Below, in pieces: positions 30,376-39,759 of a DNA stretch of 64,000 nt. The stretch is from an uncultured Gemmatimonadales bacterium (lineage in GTDB: Bacteria; Gemmatimonadota; Gemmatimonadetes; Longimicrobiales; RSA9): NCBI GenBank assembly GCA_963798845.1, contig CAWCUS010000002.1, forward strand, positions 512,001 through 576,000, written 5' to 3'. The first letter of the stretch is position 1. Every line of letters starts with the position of its first letter. The translations under genes and the position numbers were made by a program. Below the pieces are notes generated by a model. That model searched no databases, was not told where the DNA came from, and saw only the letters and a program-made list of their open reading frames with translations.

Positions 30376-31406
30376 TGGCCACCTGCCGCGATGCGGGCGT
30401 AGGTGGAGAGCGAGCGGCGCTGCACCGCAATCGCGGGGAGGAGCGACCGATCTCTCACCTCCTGCTTGCGCTCCATGGGGATGACCAGCGAGCGGTAGGA
30501 CCGCTCGGCCAGCGGAAGGAGGTGCTCCCGCTCCCTCTCGAAGCGCGCCACCGGCTGTTCCTTTGTGGTGCCGTGGATCCGGACGTTCGCCGTTTTCTCC
30601 AGCCACTGCTCGAGGCGAGCGTCCAGATCCTCGTCCCCGACAAACTCGCGGCCGTAGACGAAATTGCGGCGCACGTAGCTCACCGGCCGCTCGACCTTGC
30701 CTTTCGTCCGGGCTCGATAGGCTCTACAGGCGCGGATGTCGAAGCCCCAGTGAGCAGCGAAGCGCAGAAACTCCTCGTTCTTCAGGAGCTCACCTCCTTC
30801 CAGCCGCCGATCGTCCAGGATCACGTTCTTGAGCTGGTCGAAGAGGAGGTGCTGCGGTACTCCACCGAAGAAGCGGAAGGCCGCTTCCAGCCCCTCGTAC
30901 AGCGCCCCCGTGGTCTTCCGCGGGAAGTAGCGCACCCAGAGGAGTCTGGAGAAGCCGAGCACGACCAGAAGCGCATACCGCTTGCCCCACGGAAATCTGA
31001 AGTCCGCGAAGTCCACCTGAGCCTGCCGGCCCGGCGGAGTCTCGAAGCGGATCACCGGCTCCTCCGGCAATCGAGGGCGGACCTGCCTCACGTACACCTT
31101 CACCTGCGTGTAGCCCCCGTCGTAGCCGGCGGCCTTCACCTCCTCGAAGAGCCGCACGGCCGAGAGTTCCGGATACTCCTTCAGCCGCTGTCCGATGATC
31201 GCCTTGTACGGCTCGAGCTTCCACGGCACCGCAGGCCGCGGCCCGTACCGCACCGGGTCCTGATCCAGATCCCGGTCCAACTGGCCCCTCCGGATCCACC
31301 GATAGATCGTGGTCCGATCGACGCCGAGCATCTCGGCAATGGCCGCCTTCGGCAGCCCCTGCTCGAGGTAGTGTCGCAACAGCACACGCTGCTCCCTTCC
31401 ATGCAT
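30372..31406 (-). CDS. istA: IS21 transposase IstA
   Basis: 'RFETPPGRQAQVDF', 'KGKVERPVSYVR'. Confidence 0.95.
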   Translation of the reverse strand: MHGREQRVLLRHYLEQGLPKAAIAEMLGVDRTTIYRWIRRGQLDRDLDQDPVRYGPRPAVPWKLEPYKAIIGQRLKEYPELSAVRLFEEVKAAGYDGGYTQVKVYVRQVRPRLPEEPVIRFETPPGRQAQVDFADFRFPWGKRYALLVVLGFSRLLWVRYFPRKTTGALYEGLEAAFRFFGGVPQHLLFDQLKNVILDDRRLEGGELLKNEEFLRFAAHWGFDIRACRAYRARTKGKVERPVSYVRRNFVYGREFVGDEDLDARLEQWLEKTANVRIHGTTKEQPVARFEREREHLLPLAERSYRSLVIPMERKQEVRDRSLLPAIAVQRRSLSTYARIAAGGQ

Positions 31407-31560
31407 GGCGCCTCCACGGTGGGCGTGAAGACGCCAAGGTGGGATCGGAGCCGCACCTCCTGCGAGAGCTTCAGCGCGGCTCAGGGACGATCAGCGAGTG
31501 TCGCATTTTCGCCCGCCACATTCTGTGGAATTTTCGGCCGCCGCTAACACAGAACACGGC

Positions 31561-31711
31561 GGTTAACAAACGGTTGGCGCCTGCGCGGCCTGCGGCCGCT
31601 CCGGAGAACCCGCCGCGACCGTGTTGAAGCTGGTGAGGCTGCCGCTGTTTCGAAGGTGATCGCGTGCTAGAGGTATCGGCGCGGCGGGTCGCCAACCTGG
31701 AGACGTTAGCC
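31561..31711 (+). repeat. attC-like site 11
   Basis: GGTTAAC...GTTAGCC. Confidence 0.9.
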
Positions 31712-31740
31712 GCCATTGGGCCCGGAGAGGAAGGAACACG

Positions 31741-32256
31741 GTGCTACCGCAAGACACAGCGCAGGTAACAGCGCCATTGTCATGGATGGATTGGGCAGGG
31801 GGCGTTGAGAGCGTGCTGACCAGTTTGGCGATCGTGATCGGAGCAGTATGGACCTACTTCAAGTTCTTCCGTGGCCGCACCTTTCATGAGCGCCTTGGAG
31901 CCAGCGTGTCCGCATCTCGCAGAGACGCTGTGGGAATGCAATTCCTTGACGCCAGGGTGACGGTAGCCAATGTAGGGTTGTCGAAGGTTCCCCTCGTGCA
32001 AGAGGGCGCTGGGTTGCGGGTTCTTTCAACGAACGGCGCGAGCACGCAGCAGACAGATGAAGTAACGGTCGTCGAATGGGAGTGGATTGCAACTGTACCC
32101 ATTTTGGAAGACCATCGTTGGATTGAGCCAGGGGAGACAATTGTTGACAACATCATCTTCAACATTCCCGCCCCGATTCAGGGACCACTCAGACTCGAAT
32201 TAGTCGTTGCGTCAAAGAAGTACTCGTGGTGCGCGAGTTCAGTGTCAGTTCCATGA
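31741..32256 (+). CDS. Cassette 12: hypothetical protein with N-terminal TM helix
   Basis: 171-aa ORF with purine-rich RBS, fills most of the cassette. Confidence 0.75.
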   Translation: MLPQDTAQVTAPLSWMDWAGGVESVLTSLAIVIGAVWTYFKFFRGRTFHERLGASVSASRRDAVGMQFLDARVTVANVGLSKVPLVQEGAGLRVLSTNGASTQQTDEVTVVEWEWIATVPILEDHRWIEPGETIVDNIIFNIPAPIQGPLRLELVVASKKYSWCASSVSVP

Positions 32257-32264
32257 GGAGAGGA

Positions 32265-32399
32265 ATGATGGCGGAAAAGGGCGGTTCCAAGGAGAGGAAG
32301 CTGGTCACGGAACAAAAGAAGAAGTCCAAGGACCAAGTGCGTAGGATCGAGACGGAAAAGCAAAAGACCAAAGACAAAGCTGGCAAAGGCAAGCAGTAA
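32265..32399 (+). CDS. Cassette 12: small Lys-rich peptide
   Basis: RBS GAGGAG; 'MMAEKGGSKERKLVTEQKKKSKD...'. Confidence 0.45.
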   Translation: MMAEKGGSKERKLVTEQKKKSKDQVRRIETEKQKTKDKAGKGKQ

Positions 32400-32464
32400 G
32401 TTCTCGACATGCCTGCCCGTTGGCGCGTTGAAGCGCTGGGCTGGTCTGAGGAGGGCCCAACAGC

Positions 32465-32617
32465 AGATAACAAACGGTTGGCGCCTGCGCTCGCTTTGCT
32501 CGCTCCGGAGAACCCCGCATTAACGTCCTGGCGCCGGTTGAGCGAGAGCGTAGTCTCGATGGGAGCGGCGCCTGGTTAGGTCGCGGAGGCGGGGTCGCCA
32601 ACCTGGAAACGTTATCT
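32465..32617 (+). repeat. attC-like site 12
   Basis: AGATAAC...GTTATCT. Confidence 0.88.
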
Positions 32618-32823
32618 GAAAGCCACTGCCCGAACGGCAACTCGCCGGGAAGCACCTTGGACCGGACTATCGTTCGGTAGGCATAGCATGTTGAGTGACA
32701 ATCAACTTGACGTGTCCGAAGCCCGGCAGGCACTTTGACCGTCGTTGTTTGCAGTCGAGAGCGAGTTGGACGTCACACTACATTGGCGGCTGATTTCGAA
32801 ATGCCAGCCGCGCCAGGAGTGAC

Positions 32824-33285
32824 ATGGAGAAGCGCGAGGCCAAATGGAAAATGGTGGGGTCGGTTCTTGGGGGATTGGGCGTCATCGGATCGCTTGTATT
32901 CGTTGCGCTCGAGATCCGTCAGAACACCGAGGCCGTGCGCAGCGCAACGATACAGGCTATCTCGGAGCAATCATTCACAGCAGTAGCCCAGCTTGTTGAG
33001 AATGCCGATCTCCGCACGGCTTACGAGGCGGCGAGCACAGGAGCGACTCTCACTCCGGAACAACGTTTCCAGCTGAAGATGTTCTACCTCGGGATCATGC
33101 GGCTCCAGCAGAACCGGTATCTCCAATCTCAGCTGGGCGTACTCGATATGAACACGCTCCTTTTCGTCGGTGGGCGGGGTGGCGCGTACGATTTGCCATT
33201 CTTCGCTGAGTATTGGGCCGAAGATCGCGACCAATATCCCCCTGAGTTCCAAGACTTCGTTGAGCGCGTACTGCTTCCGCAATAA
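32824..33285 (+). CDS. Cassette 13: hypothetical membrane-anchored protein
   Basis: RBS AGGAG; 'LGVIGSLVFVALEIRQNT'; similar to 39192-39719. Confidence 0.8.
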   Translation: MEKREAKWKMVGSVLGGLGVIGSLVFVALEIRQNTEAVRSATIQAISEQSFTAVAQLVENADLRTAYEAASTGATLTPEQRFQLKMFYLGIMRLQQNRYLQSQLGVLDMNTLLFVGGRGGAYDLPFFAEYWAEDRDQYPPEFQDFVERVLLPQ

Positions 33286-33524
33286 GGGGGCTCTCCGTGA
33301 GCGTCAATGGAGTTGTGTTGCCCTGGCCTAGCGGCGCCGGTTGGCATGAAGTCGGTGCTGCCGCAATCCTTTCGCGGCAGATCGCTGCGGTCGCTGGCGG
33401 TTGCCAAGCTGTGGCAGCAGACTTCGGAGTCGTTAGAGATCGCTCTGGGATCCAATCCACGTACACAGAACGGGTTGGCACGGCGTCCAAGTAGATAGCC
33501 ATGCCGGCACGGGCAGTGGCCATC

Positions 33525-33693
33525 AGATCACTCCGCATGGCCGTTTGCTCGCTTCGCTCGCACACCAGCCGGAGTTGCGAGAGGATCTGAACGGAAAGAG
33601 CTTGGGCCGGCTGGACGCGCCCTCTAGCGGAGGTCGCCGCCTGCGGCGGCTCGCTCCGCCGCCGGGCGCGTCGGCCATGCTTTTTCGTTATGT
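33525..33693 (+). repeat. attC-like site 13, divergent sequence type
   Basis: AGATCAC...gcatggccg...cggccatgc...GTTATGT. Confidence 0.7.
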
Positions 33694-33757
33694 GCCAGCT
33701 CCGACGGCTGGTTGTTAGATTAGAGGGAGCAGGAATACCCCCTTTGTCGAGGTGCTC

Positions 33758-33985
33758 ATGCCGAACGTGGATCTCTCCGAAATTCTGCGACTGCCGGTGT
33801 CGGAGCGAATCGACGTTGTCCAGCAGATCTGGGACAGCGTCGCCGCGGATGCAGACGCGGTGCCGGTAAAGCCCGAACAGCGAGAGGAGTTGGATCGGCG
33901 GCTGAAGGAGCATCAGGAGAACCCGGATGACGTCGTGGAGTGGAACGAGGTTGAGAAACGGATCCGCTCCCGTCACAACCTGTGA
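33758..33985 (+). CDS. Cassette 14: addiction-module antitoxin
   Basis: 'LPVSERIDVVQQIWDSV...ELDRRL'; homologous to 28926-29150. Confidence 0.88.
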   Translation: MPNVDLSEILRLPVSERIDVVQQIWDSVAADADAVPVKPEQREELDRRLKEHQENPDDVVEWNEVEKRIRSRHNL

Positions 33986-34275
33986 AGGTCATCCTTCGCA
34001 GCATTGCAGAACAGGATGTCGCGGCAGCAGTCGGATGGTACGAAGAGCAGAGCTCAGGTCTGGGTGATCGCTTTCTGCTGAACGTCCGTGCTGCACTCGA
34101 GCGGATCGGAGAACATCCGGAGGCGTACCCCCTGGTGCACCCTCCGCACCTACGACGGATCTTGCTGTCGGATTTCCCCTACGGGTTGTTCTACCTGATG
34201 GAGCTGGACCGAGCTGTGGTCACGGCGTGCTTCCACGTGCGGCAGAATCCGAAGCGCTGGAGCAGTCGTGGCTGA
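33982..34275 (+). CDS. Cassette 14: RelE/ParE family toxin
   Basis: 'VGWYEEQSSGLGDRF...FPYGLFY...FHVRQNP'. Confidence 0.88.
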   Translation: MKVILRSIAEQDVAAAVGWYEEQSSGLGDRFLLNVRAALERIGEHPEAYPLVHPPHLRRILLSDFPYGLFYLMELDRAVVTACFHVRQNPKRWSSRG

Positions 34276-34297
34276 AAGGGCGCTGCGCTCCGCCGGC

Positions 34298-34450
34298 ACA
34301 TAACAAACGGTTGGCGCCTGCGCTCCCTGCGGTCGCTCCGGGGAACCCGGCGAATGACCTGTTGGCTGGAGGAAGGGCTGCGGGTAATTCAGAAGATGGG
34401 GCGCGATCCGGCGAATTGGACGCCGGGTCGCTCACCTGGAAACGTTAGGC
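34298..34450 (+). repeat. attC-like site 14
   Basis: ACATAAC...GTTAGGC. Confidence 0.88.
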
Positions 34451-34469
34451 GCCACTGCTGGTGGTTCAT

Positions 34470-34844
34470 ATGCCCAAGAAGGAGCAGTACAGGAAGAAGC
34501 AGATGCGGGATCTGGCTCGGGTTGCGTATGAGCGTGAACTCGAGGCGGGGCTCGAACAGCTACGCGAGCCGTTCCATGCCTGGGAGAACGGGGACATGGA
34601 CGCGAGTGAGTTGTCGCTGCGGATATCGTTCTTCTCGATGGATGCGCAGAAGCGGATTGAAGGGGTCTACTCCGGCTTGGACAAACGTACCCTGGTCGCG
34701 CGGGGCGTCGCGCTGGGTTTGCTGGAAGAGGCAGACCTTCCGCCGAAGCTGAAGGAAGAACTCACCGGGGCCATCGATTTCTTCAGGTCGCAATCCCAAC
34801 GTGAGGCAGAGGAGGACGCGGCCAAGAAGGGCAGCGGCGCCTAA
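34470..34844 (+). CDS. Cassette 15: hypothetical helical protein; stop codon lies inside R''
   Basis: ORF spans the cassette and ends at the TAA of GCCTAAC. Confidence 0.8.
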   Translation: MPKKEQYRKKQMRDLARVAYERELEAGLEQLREPFHAWENGDMDASELSLRISFFSMDAQKRIEGVYSGLDKRTLVARGVALGLLEEADLPPKLKEELTGAIDFFRSQSQREAEEDAAKKGSGA

Positions 34845-34990
34845 CAAACGGTTGGCGCCTGCGCGGCCTGCGGCCGCGCCGGAGAACCCGCCGCGGCCGC
34901 CTGGGAGCTGGTAAGGTTCGTGTGGCTTCGAATGGTGATCGCGCTCTGGAGGTTTCGGCGCGGCGGGTCGCCAACCTGGAAACGTTAGAC
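34839..34990 (+). repeat. attC-like site 15
   Basis: GCCTAAC...GTTAGAC. Confidence 0.9.
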
Positions 34991-35510
34991 GCCATGCTTG
35001 CGGTGTGGTGATGAGATAAGGTGCAGGTCGGTCGTCTTTGGAAGAGAAGCGAGCGCATGAGCACGAAAGCAGTACCCATGATCCATGTGCCTGATGTCCG
35101 TGCGGCGGTCGAGTGGTACAAAATGGTGGGCTTTCGATTCTTGGAAGGGCATGAGGAGGATGGGGAAATGACGTGGGCGGCGCTCTCGCTGGGGTCAAGT
35201 GAGTTGATGCTTAACGCCGGCGGCCGCGCTAGTGACGCCGAGCGCAGGGACGTCGATCTCTACGTCTACTCTGAGGATGTCGCAGAAGTCTTCGAGCGCC
35301 TCAAAGGAAGGGTAGATATCATTGCACCGATCAGTGACACGTTCTACGGGAATAGGGAATTCATTGTCCGGGATCTCAACGGCTTCTTGTGAGTTCCCCG
35401 AATTCTGACCGCTGATCTCTCGAAAATCTGGCCGGCTGAGGAGCCTCCGTAGAATACTGTAGTCCCGTCCCGGGCAGGATGGAGTTCCTGTCAGATGGAG
35501 GCGGGGGAGG

Positions 35511-36920
35511 ATGCTCAGGGTGATCGATCGACATGCGGTGCATGCGCTGCTGGAGGCGGGGCAGAAGCAGACGGAAATCGCGAGGCAGCTGGGGATCTCG
35601 GAGCGGTCTGTCCGTCGGATCTCGAAGGAGCCGCCGGTGGCGGAGGGAGACGATGCGGCGGAGAGGAAGCGCCGGGGGATCGGGCGTCCCGCGGTGCCGG
35701 AGGCGGTGAAGCGCCGGCTGGTGGATCTGATCGCGGAGGATCCCGAGGCTCCACCCCTGGAATACCTGCGTCAGCTTCGGGAGGAGGGGGCGGAGCTGGC
35801 GGAGAGCACCTTCTACCGGGTCTTCCGGTTGGAGAAGGGGAAGCTGCCGGCGGAGCTGATGGTGCGGTTCGAGGGGGTGGCCGGGGAGTTCGCCCAGTTC
35901 GATTTCGGTCAGGCCGACGTCCGGCTGCTGGATGGACGGAAGAAGCGAGTTCACTTCGCGGCGTACCGTCTGAAGTACTCGCGGTGGGTGTGGGTGGTGA
36001 TCGTGCCGGACGAGCGGATCGAGTCACTCGTCCGGGCACTCCTGGCCGGCTTCGAGCATTCGGGCGGGGTGCCGCTCCGGGTGGTCTTCGACAATCCGAA
36101 GACGGTGGTGGTGGGCCGCGACGACCGGGGCCGGCCGATCTGGAATTCCACGCTGGCCCAGGTCGCCATCGACTATGGCTTCACGATCGAGCTGTGCACG
36201 CCCAGGAGCCCGCAGCAGAAGGGATCGGTGGAGAATCTGGTGGGGTGGGTGAAGCGGAGCTTCTTCCGGGCCCGCCGCTTCGCTGAGCTCGACCAGGACC
36301 TCCCCCGTCAGCTCCTGGACTGGCTGATCGGGGGGAATGAGGAGCGGCCATCCCGGGCCACGAAGGAGATCCCCAAGATCCGGCTGACCGCAGAGCAGGC
36401 GCGGATGAAGCCGCTGGCCATCCCGCCGGCCGAGTACGGTCTGCGTTACGCTGTCCACGTGGGACCCACCGCGCTCGTGGACTTCCAGGGCGTGCGCTAC
36501 GCCATGCCGGCGGGTGCGTGCGGGATCCCGGCCACGCTCCACCTGTACCCGGACCGGCTCCGGATCGTCACCACCGGCGCCCGCTTCGAGGCCACCCACC
36601 CCAGGTTTCCAAAGATCGGAAACACCAGCTACCTGCCCGGCCAGCGGGCCGAGCAGCTGGCGGCCGTGGCCGGTGCACGGAAGCGCCTCTACTTCATGCG
36701 GGAGCGAATCCTGGAGCTGGGGCCCGTAGGAGAGGGCTACCTGACGGAGCTCATCCACGCCCGACCCCACACATGGAAAGGAGACGTGGAGCGCCTCTTC
36801 GCCCTGCTCGAGGAGCTCGGCCAGGAGCGCTTCCTCCGCCTGCTCCAGCGCGCGCTCTTCCAGCGGCTGATCGGAGCTGAGTACGTGATCGGGCTGGCGG
36901 CGAAGGAGGTGGCCTCATGA
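35511..36920 (+). CDS. istA: IS21 transposase IstA
   Basis: Same protein as copy 1 except one residue (IEL versus IGL). Confidence 0.95.
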   Translation: MLRVIDRHAVHALLEAGQKQTEIARQLGISERSVRRISKEPPVAEGDDAAERKRRGIGRPAVPEAVKRRLVDLIAEDPEAPPLEYLRQLREEGAELAESTFYRVFRLEKGKLPAELMVRFEGVAGEFAQFDFGQADVRLLDGRKKRVHFAAYRLKYSRWVWVVIVPDERIESLVRALLAGFEHSGGVPLRVVFDNPKTVVVGRDDRGRPIWNSTLAQVAIDYGFTIELCTPRSPQQKGSVENLVGWVKRSFFRARRFAELDQDLPRQLLDWLIGGNEERPSRATKEIPKIRLTAEQARMKPLAIPPAEYGLRYAVHVGPTALVDFQGVRYAMPAGACGIPATLHLYPDRLRIVTTGARFEATHPRFPKIGNTSYLPGQRAEQLAAVAGARKRLYFMRERILELGPVGEGYLTELIHARPHTWKGDVERLFALLEELGQERFLRLLQRALFQRLIGAEYVIGLAAKEVAS

Positions 36921-37693
36921 AGACTCCGGTGCCGCTGGACGACCTCGACGCCATGCTCAAGCGCCTCCACATGCCGACCATCCGGCGCCTGTATGCGGAC
37001 CTGGCGATCCGGGCCGAGGAGGAGGGCATGAGCTACCGCACCTTCCTCGAGCTGCTGGTGGCCGAGGAGATCGCTCACCGGGCGCAGACCCGGATCACCC
37101 GGTCCGTCCGCAAGGCCCGCTTCCCCTTCCTCCGCACCATCGAGGAATTCGACTTCACCTTCCAGACCAGCGTCCGCCTCCAGATGCTCGGCACGCTGCT
37201 GGGGCCGGAGCTGGTGAGCGAAGGCCGGTGCGCCATCTTCAGCGGCCCGCCGGGTCGAGGGAAGACCCACATGGGGGTAGCCATCGGCTACCGAGCGATC
37301 CAGAACGGATTCGAGGCCCGATTCACCACCGCGGATGAGCTGATCGGCGCCCTCTCCAACGCGGCCGCGGAGGGACGGCTGGACGAGGCGCTCGAACCCT
37401 ACGTCCACCCCCACGTCCTGATCATCGACGAGCTCGGCTATCAGAGCTATGCCGCCGATGCCGCCAACGTGCTCTACCGGGTGGTCAACGACCGCTACCT
37501 CAGGCACCGACCCATGATCGTCACCACCAATAAGCCTCTGGCCGCCCTCGGTCAGGTGCTGCATGATGCCGATCTTGCGGAGGCGATCCTCGACCGGCTC
37601 CTGGAGCGCGGCACTCACTTCGTGCTCCGCGGCCGCTCCTACCGCACCCGCCATCTCAAACAGGAGGAGACCCCGGACTCTGAAGCCGCCTAG
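36917..37693 (+). CDS. istB: IS21 helper ATPase IstB
   Basis: 'GPPGRGKTH', 'LIIDELGY', 'ILDRLL'. Confidence 0.95.
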   Translation: MKTPVPLDDLDAMLKRLHMPTIRRLYADLAIRAEEEGMSYRTFLELLVAEEIAHRAQTRITRSVRKARFPFLRTIEEFDFTFQTSVRLQMLGTLLGPELVSEGRCAIFSGPPGRGKTHMGVAIGYRAIQNGFEARFTTADELIGALSNAAAEGRLDEALEPYVHPHVLIIDELGYQSYAADAANVLYRVVNDRYLRHRPMIVTTNKPLAALGQVLHDADLAEAILDRLLERGTHFVLRGRSYRTRHLKQEETPDSEAA

Positions 37694-37849
37694 CTCACGC
37701 TCCCGGCCGGCCAGAATTTCGAGAATTAACCGGACATAGTTCAGAGAACCCACATGGCTGACGTTTGGACAGCAACTCGAGGCCGCAGAGCAATCGGATG
37801 CTACTCCGAGCGTCTGAGGCCCAGCGTCTAGAGGGGCGCAATCACGGCG

Positions 37850-38955
37850 CTTGAAGTCAACTTTGAAGTGCAACGTTCATAGTGTTGATCCGGGCTGATT
37901 CTCATATATCTCCGCGGGGGTGAGGAAGCCGAGCCGCTTGCGGGGTCGGTGGTTGAGGGCGGCAGCGATCCGGTCACAGTGGATCTGGGTGACTCGAGCC
38001 ATGCTCTGACGCTTCGGGAGATACTGCCGGATGAGGCCGTTCGTGTTCTCGCAGGTGCCTCGCTCCCAGGAGTGGTGGGGAGCGGCGAAGTAGACCGTGG
38101 CGCCGGTGGCCTTCTCCAGGGCTTTGTAGCCGTGGAACTCGGTCCCATTGTCGAGGGTGACGGTTCGGATGCGGCGGCCGGCGTTGCGGATCAGGGAAGT
38201 GGCGCACCGGTTCGTGGCGTCGGCGGTCCGGCCGCGCAGCTTGCCGAGGAGCAGGTAGCCGGTCTTCCGGTCCACCAGGGTGAGGACGCAGTGGCGGTCG
38301 GAGGATCCGATGACCGTGTCTCCTTCAAGGTGGCCCACGCGCGAGCGGTTCTCTGCGCCGGGCGGTCGCTCGGAAATGGGACGCTTGCCGGCAAGACGGC
38401 CGCGGCTGTCGTAGCTGCGGTAGCGCTTCCACTTCTTCTTCCTCGCGCCGCGCAGGTACTGATAGAGGAGGCCGCCCCTGCGGCGGTCCTCCCAGACGTA
38501 GCGATAAATGGTCTCGTGGCTGATGCGGAGCACGCCCGCCCGGGCGAGTCGGCCAGTGATCTGCTCGGGGCTCCACAGCTGCTGGAGCAGCGAACAGACC
38601 AGGGCCCAGTCATCGCCGCGGAAGCGTCGGTTCCGTCGGGATCGCGTGCGGCGGCCGCGGGTCATCTCGTCGGCCACCGCCGGCCGGTAGGCGCGGTCCT
38701 GTCTCGAGTTGCGCGTGATCTCCCGGCTGATCGTGCTCGGACTTCGGTCCAGCGCGCGGGCAATGCCGGCCTGACTGAAGCCTTGTTTTCTGAGCGCCGA
38801 GAGTGCATGTCGTTCACCTGAGGTGAGCTGGTGATATCCCATGAGCCCCTCCTATTTCTTGGTCGAAACAGGAAGCTCTGGGGTGTCCCAGCTCATCTCA
38901 ACCCCGGCACTCCTTCGAGCGGAGTCGAGCGTTGCACTTAGTTTGTGAATCCAAG
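37850..38955 (-). mobile_element. IS30-family insertion sequence
   Basis: Imperfect 26-bp IRs cttgaagtca...aagtgcaacg / cgttgcactt...gaatccaag; GCG on both flanks. Confidence 0.88.
37877..38842 (-). CDS. IS30 family transposase
   Basis: 'WSPEQI', 'SHETIY', 'GHLEGDTV', 'TLDNGTEF', 'WERGTCENTNGLIRQYLPK'. Confidence 0.95.
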   Translation of the reverse strand: MGYHQLTSGERHALSALRKQGFSQAGIARALDRSPSTISREITRNSRQDRAYRPAVADEMTRGRRTRSRRNRRFRGDDWALVCSLLQQLWSPEQITGRLARAGVLRISHETIYRYVWEDRRRGGLLYQYLRGARKKKWKRYRSYDSRGRLAGKRPISERPPGAENRSRVGHLEGDTVIGSSDRHCVLTLVDRKTGYLLLGKLRGRTADATNRCATSLIRNAGRRIRTVTLDNGTEFHGYKALEKATGATVYFAAPHHSWERGTCENTNGLIRQYLPKRQSMARVTQIHCDRIAAALNHRPRKRLGFLTPAEIYENQPGSTL

Positions 38956-38957
38956 GC

Positions 38958-39109
38958 GTATAATAAACGGCTGGCGCCTGCGCGGCCTTCGGCCGCTCCG
39001 GAGAAACCCGGCGCAGCCGTCCTTGAGCGGTCCGACTGACATGTAGTTTCGAAGGTTGTTGAGCCGGGGAGGCCTGGCGCGGCGGGTCGCCAGCCTGGAA
39101 ACGTTATCG
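38958..39109 (+). repeat. attC-like site 16 (degenerate R'' GTATAAT)
   Basis: aaacggctggcg...cgccagcctggaaac GTTATCG. Confidence 0.82.
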
Positions 39110-39191
39110 GCCAGCGCAGAGACGGATGGTCCGACGCAGAATATTGTTGAGTACGAATCTCCTGCGACCGTAGACTGCGAGGTTACCTCTG

Positions 39192-39719
39192 GTGAACTGG
39201 AATGCGATACAAGCCGTTGCCGAGCTCGTCGCGGCGTTTGGGGTCCTCGCGAGCCTGCTCTATTTGGCGTCGCAGGTGCGGGACGCCTCTCTCGAGGGAC
39301 AACGGTCCAGGTACAACGAGTTGTCCGCGAGGGTTACGGACATTTCCAGAGACTGGGCAATCAACGACACACTGTCGGACATCATGTTCCGCGGGCTCCG
39401 CAACCCCTCCGACCTCGGACCCGCCGAGATCTTCCGGCTGTACTCGTCGATCTACGGGACCATGAAGGTCTGGGAGGCATCCTATCACTACTCGCTCCAG
39501 CGTGGCGTACATGCCTGGGGAGCCAGTGGACTCCGAGCGACAATGTCGTCCCTGATGGCGTTCCCGGGGATGCAGCATTACTGGAGGTCACGACGTTCGT
39601 GGTTCTCGAGCGACTTCCAGGACGAGGTAGATCGAGTAGTCGAGTTGGGAGCTCCCCGGATGGATGAGGACTACGGTGATTCGGTGGAGTCGGCGGCACC
39701 TCATGCACGGCCCAGCTGA
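39192..39719 (+). CDS. Cassette 17: hypothetical membrane-anchored protein
   Basis: 'AELVAAFGVLASLLYLASQVR'; similar to 32824-33285. Confidence 0.8.
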   Translation: MNWNAIQAVAELVAAFGVLASLLYLASQVRDASLEGQRSRYNELSARVTDISRDWAINDTLSDIMFRGLRNPSDLGPAEIFRLYSSIYGTMKVWEASYHYSLQRGVHAWGASGLRATMSSLMAFPGMQHYWRSRRSWFSSDFQDEVDRVVELGAPRMDEDYGDSVESAAPHARPS

Positions 39720-39759
39720 TCCTCCAAGCGTGGCGACGTCGACCGATGGCGGCGCCGGC

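Larger units (their letters stand above)
29467..31549 (-). mobile_element. IS21-family element B (5-bp target duplication CAGAA)
   Basis: Ends tgtcaatgccggacgaaaa / ttttcggccgccgctaaca; CAGAA at 29462-29466 and 31550-31554. Confidence 0.93.
35388..37754 (+). mobile_element. IS21-family element A, copy 2 (intact istA/istB)
   Basis: Reverse complement of 23226-25591 with a few substitutions. Confidence 0.95.
35057..37817 (+). pseudogene. Cassette 16: VOC/glyoxalase (bleomycin-resistance-like) gene split by IS21 element A
   Basis: 'FYGNREFIVRDLNGF' resumes after the IS as 'WLTFGQQ...' to a stop at 37817. Confidence 0.85.

Noticed and set aside
38933..38964. Hybrid promoter from the IS30 end and TATAAT at 38959
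   Set aside because: No -35-like hexamer at 16-18 bp spacing.
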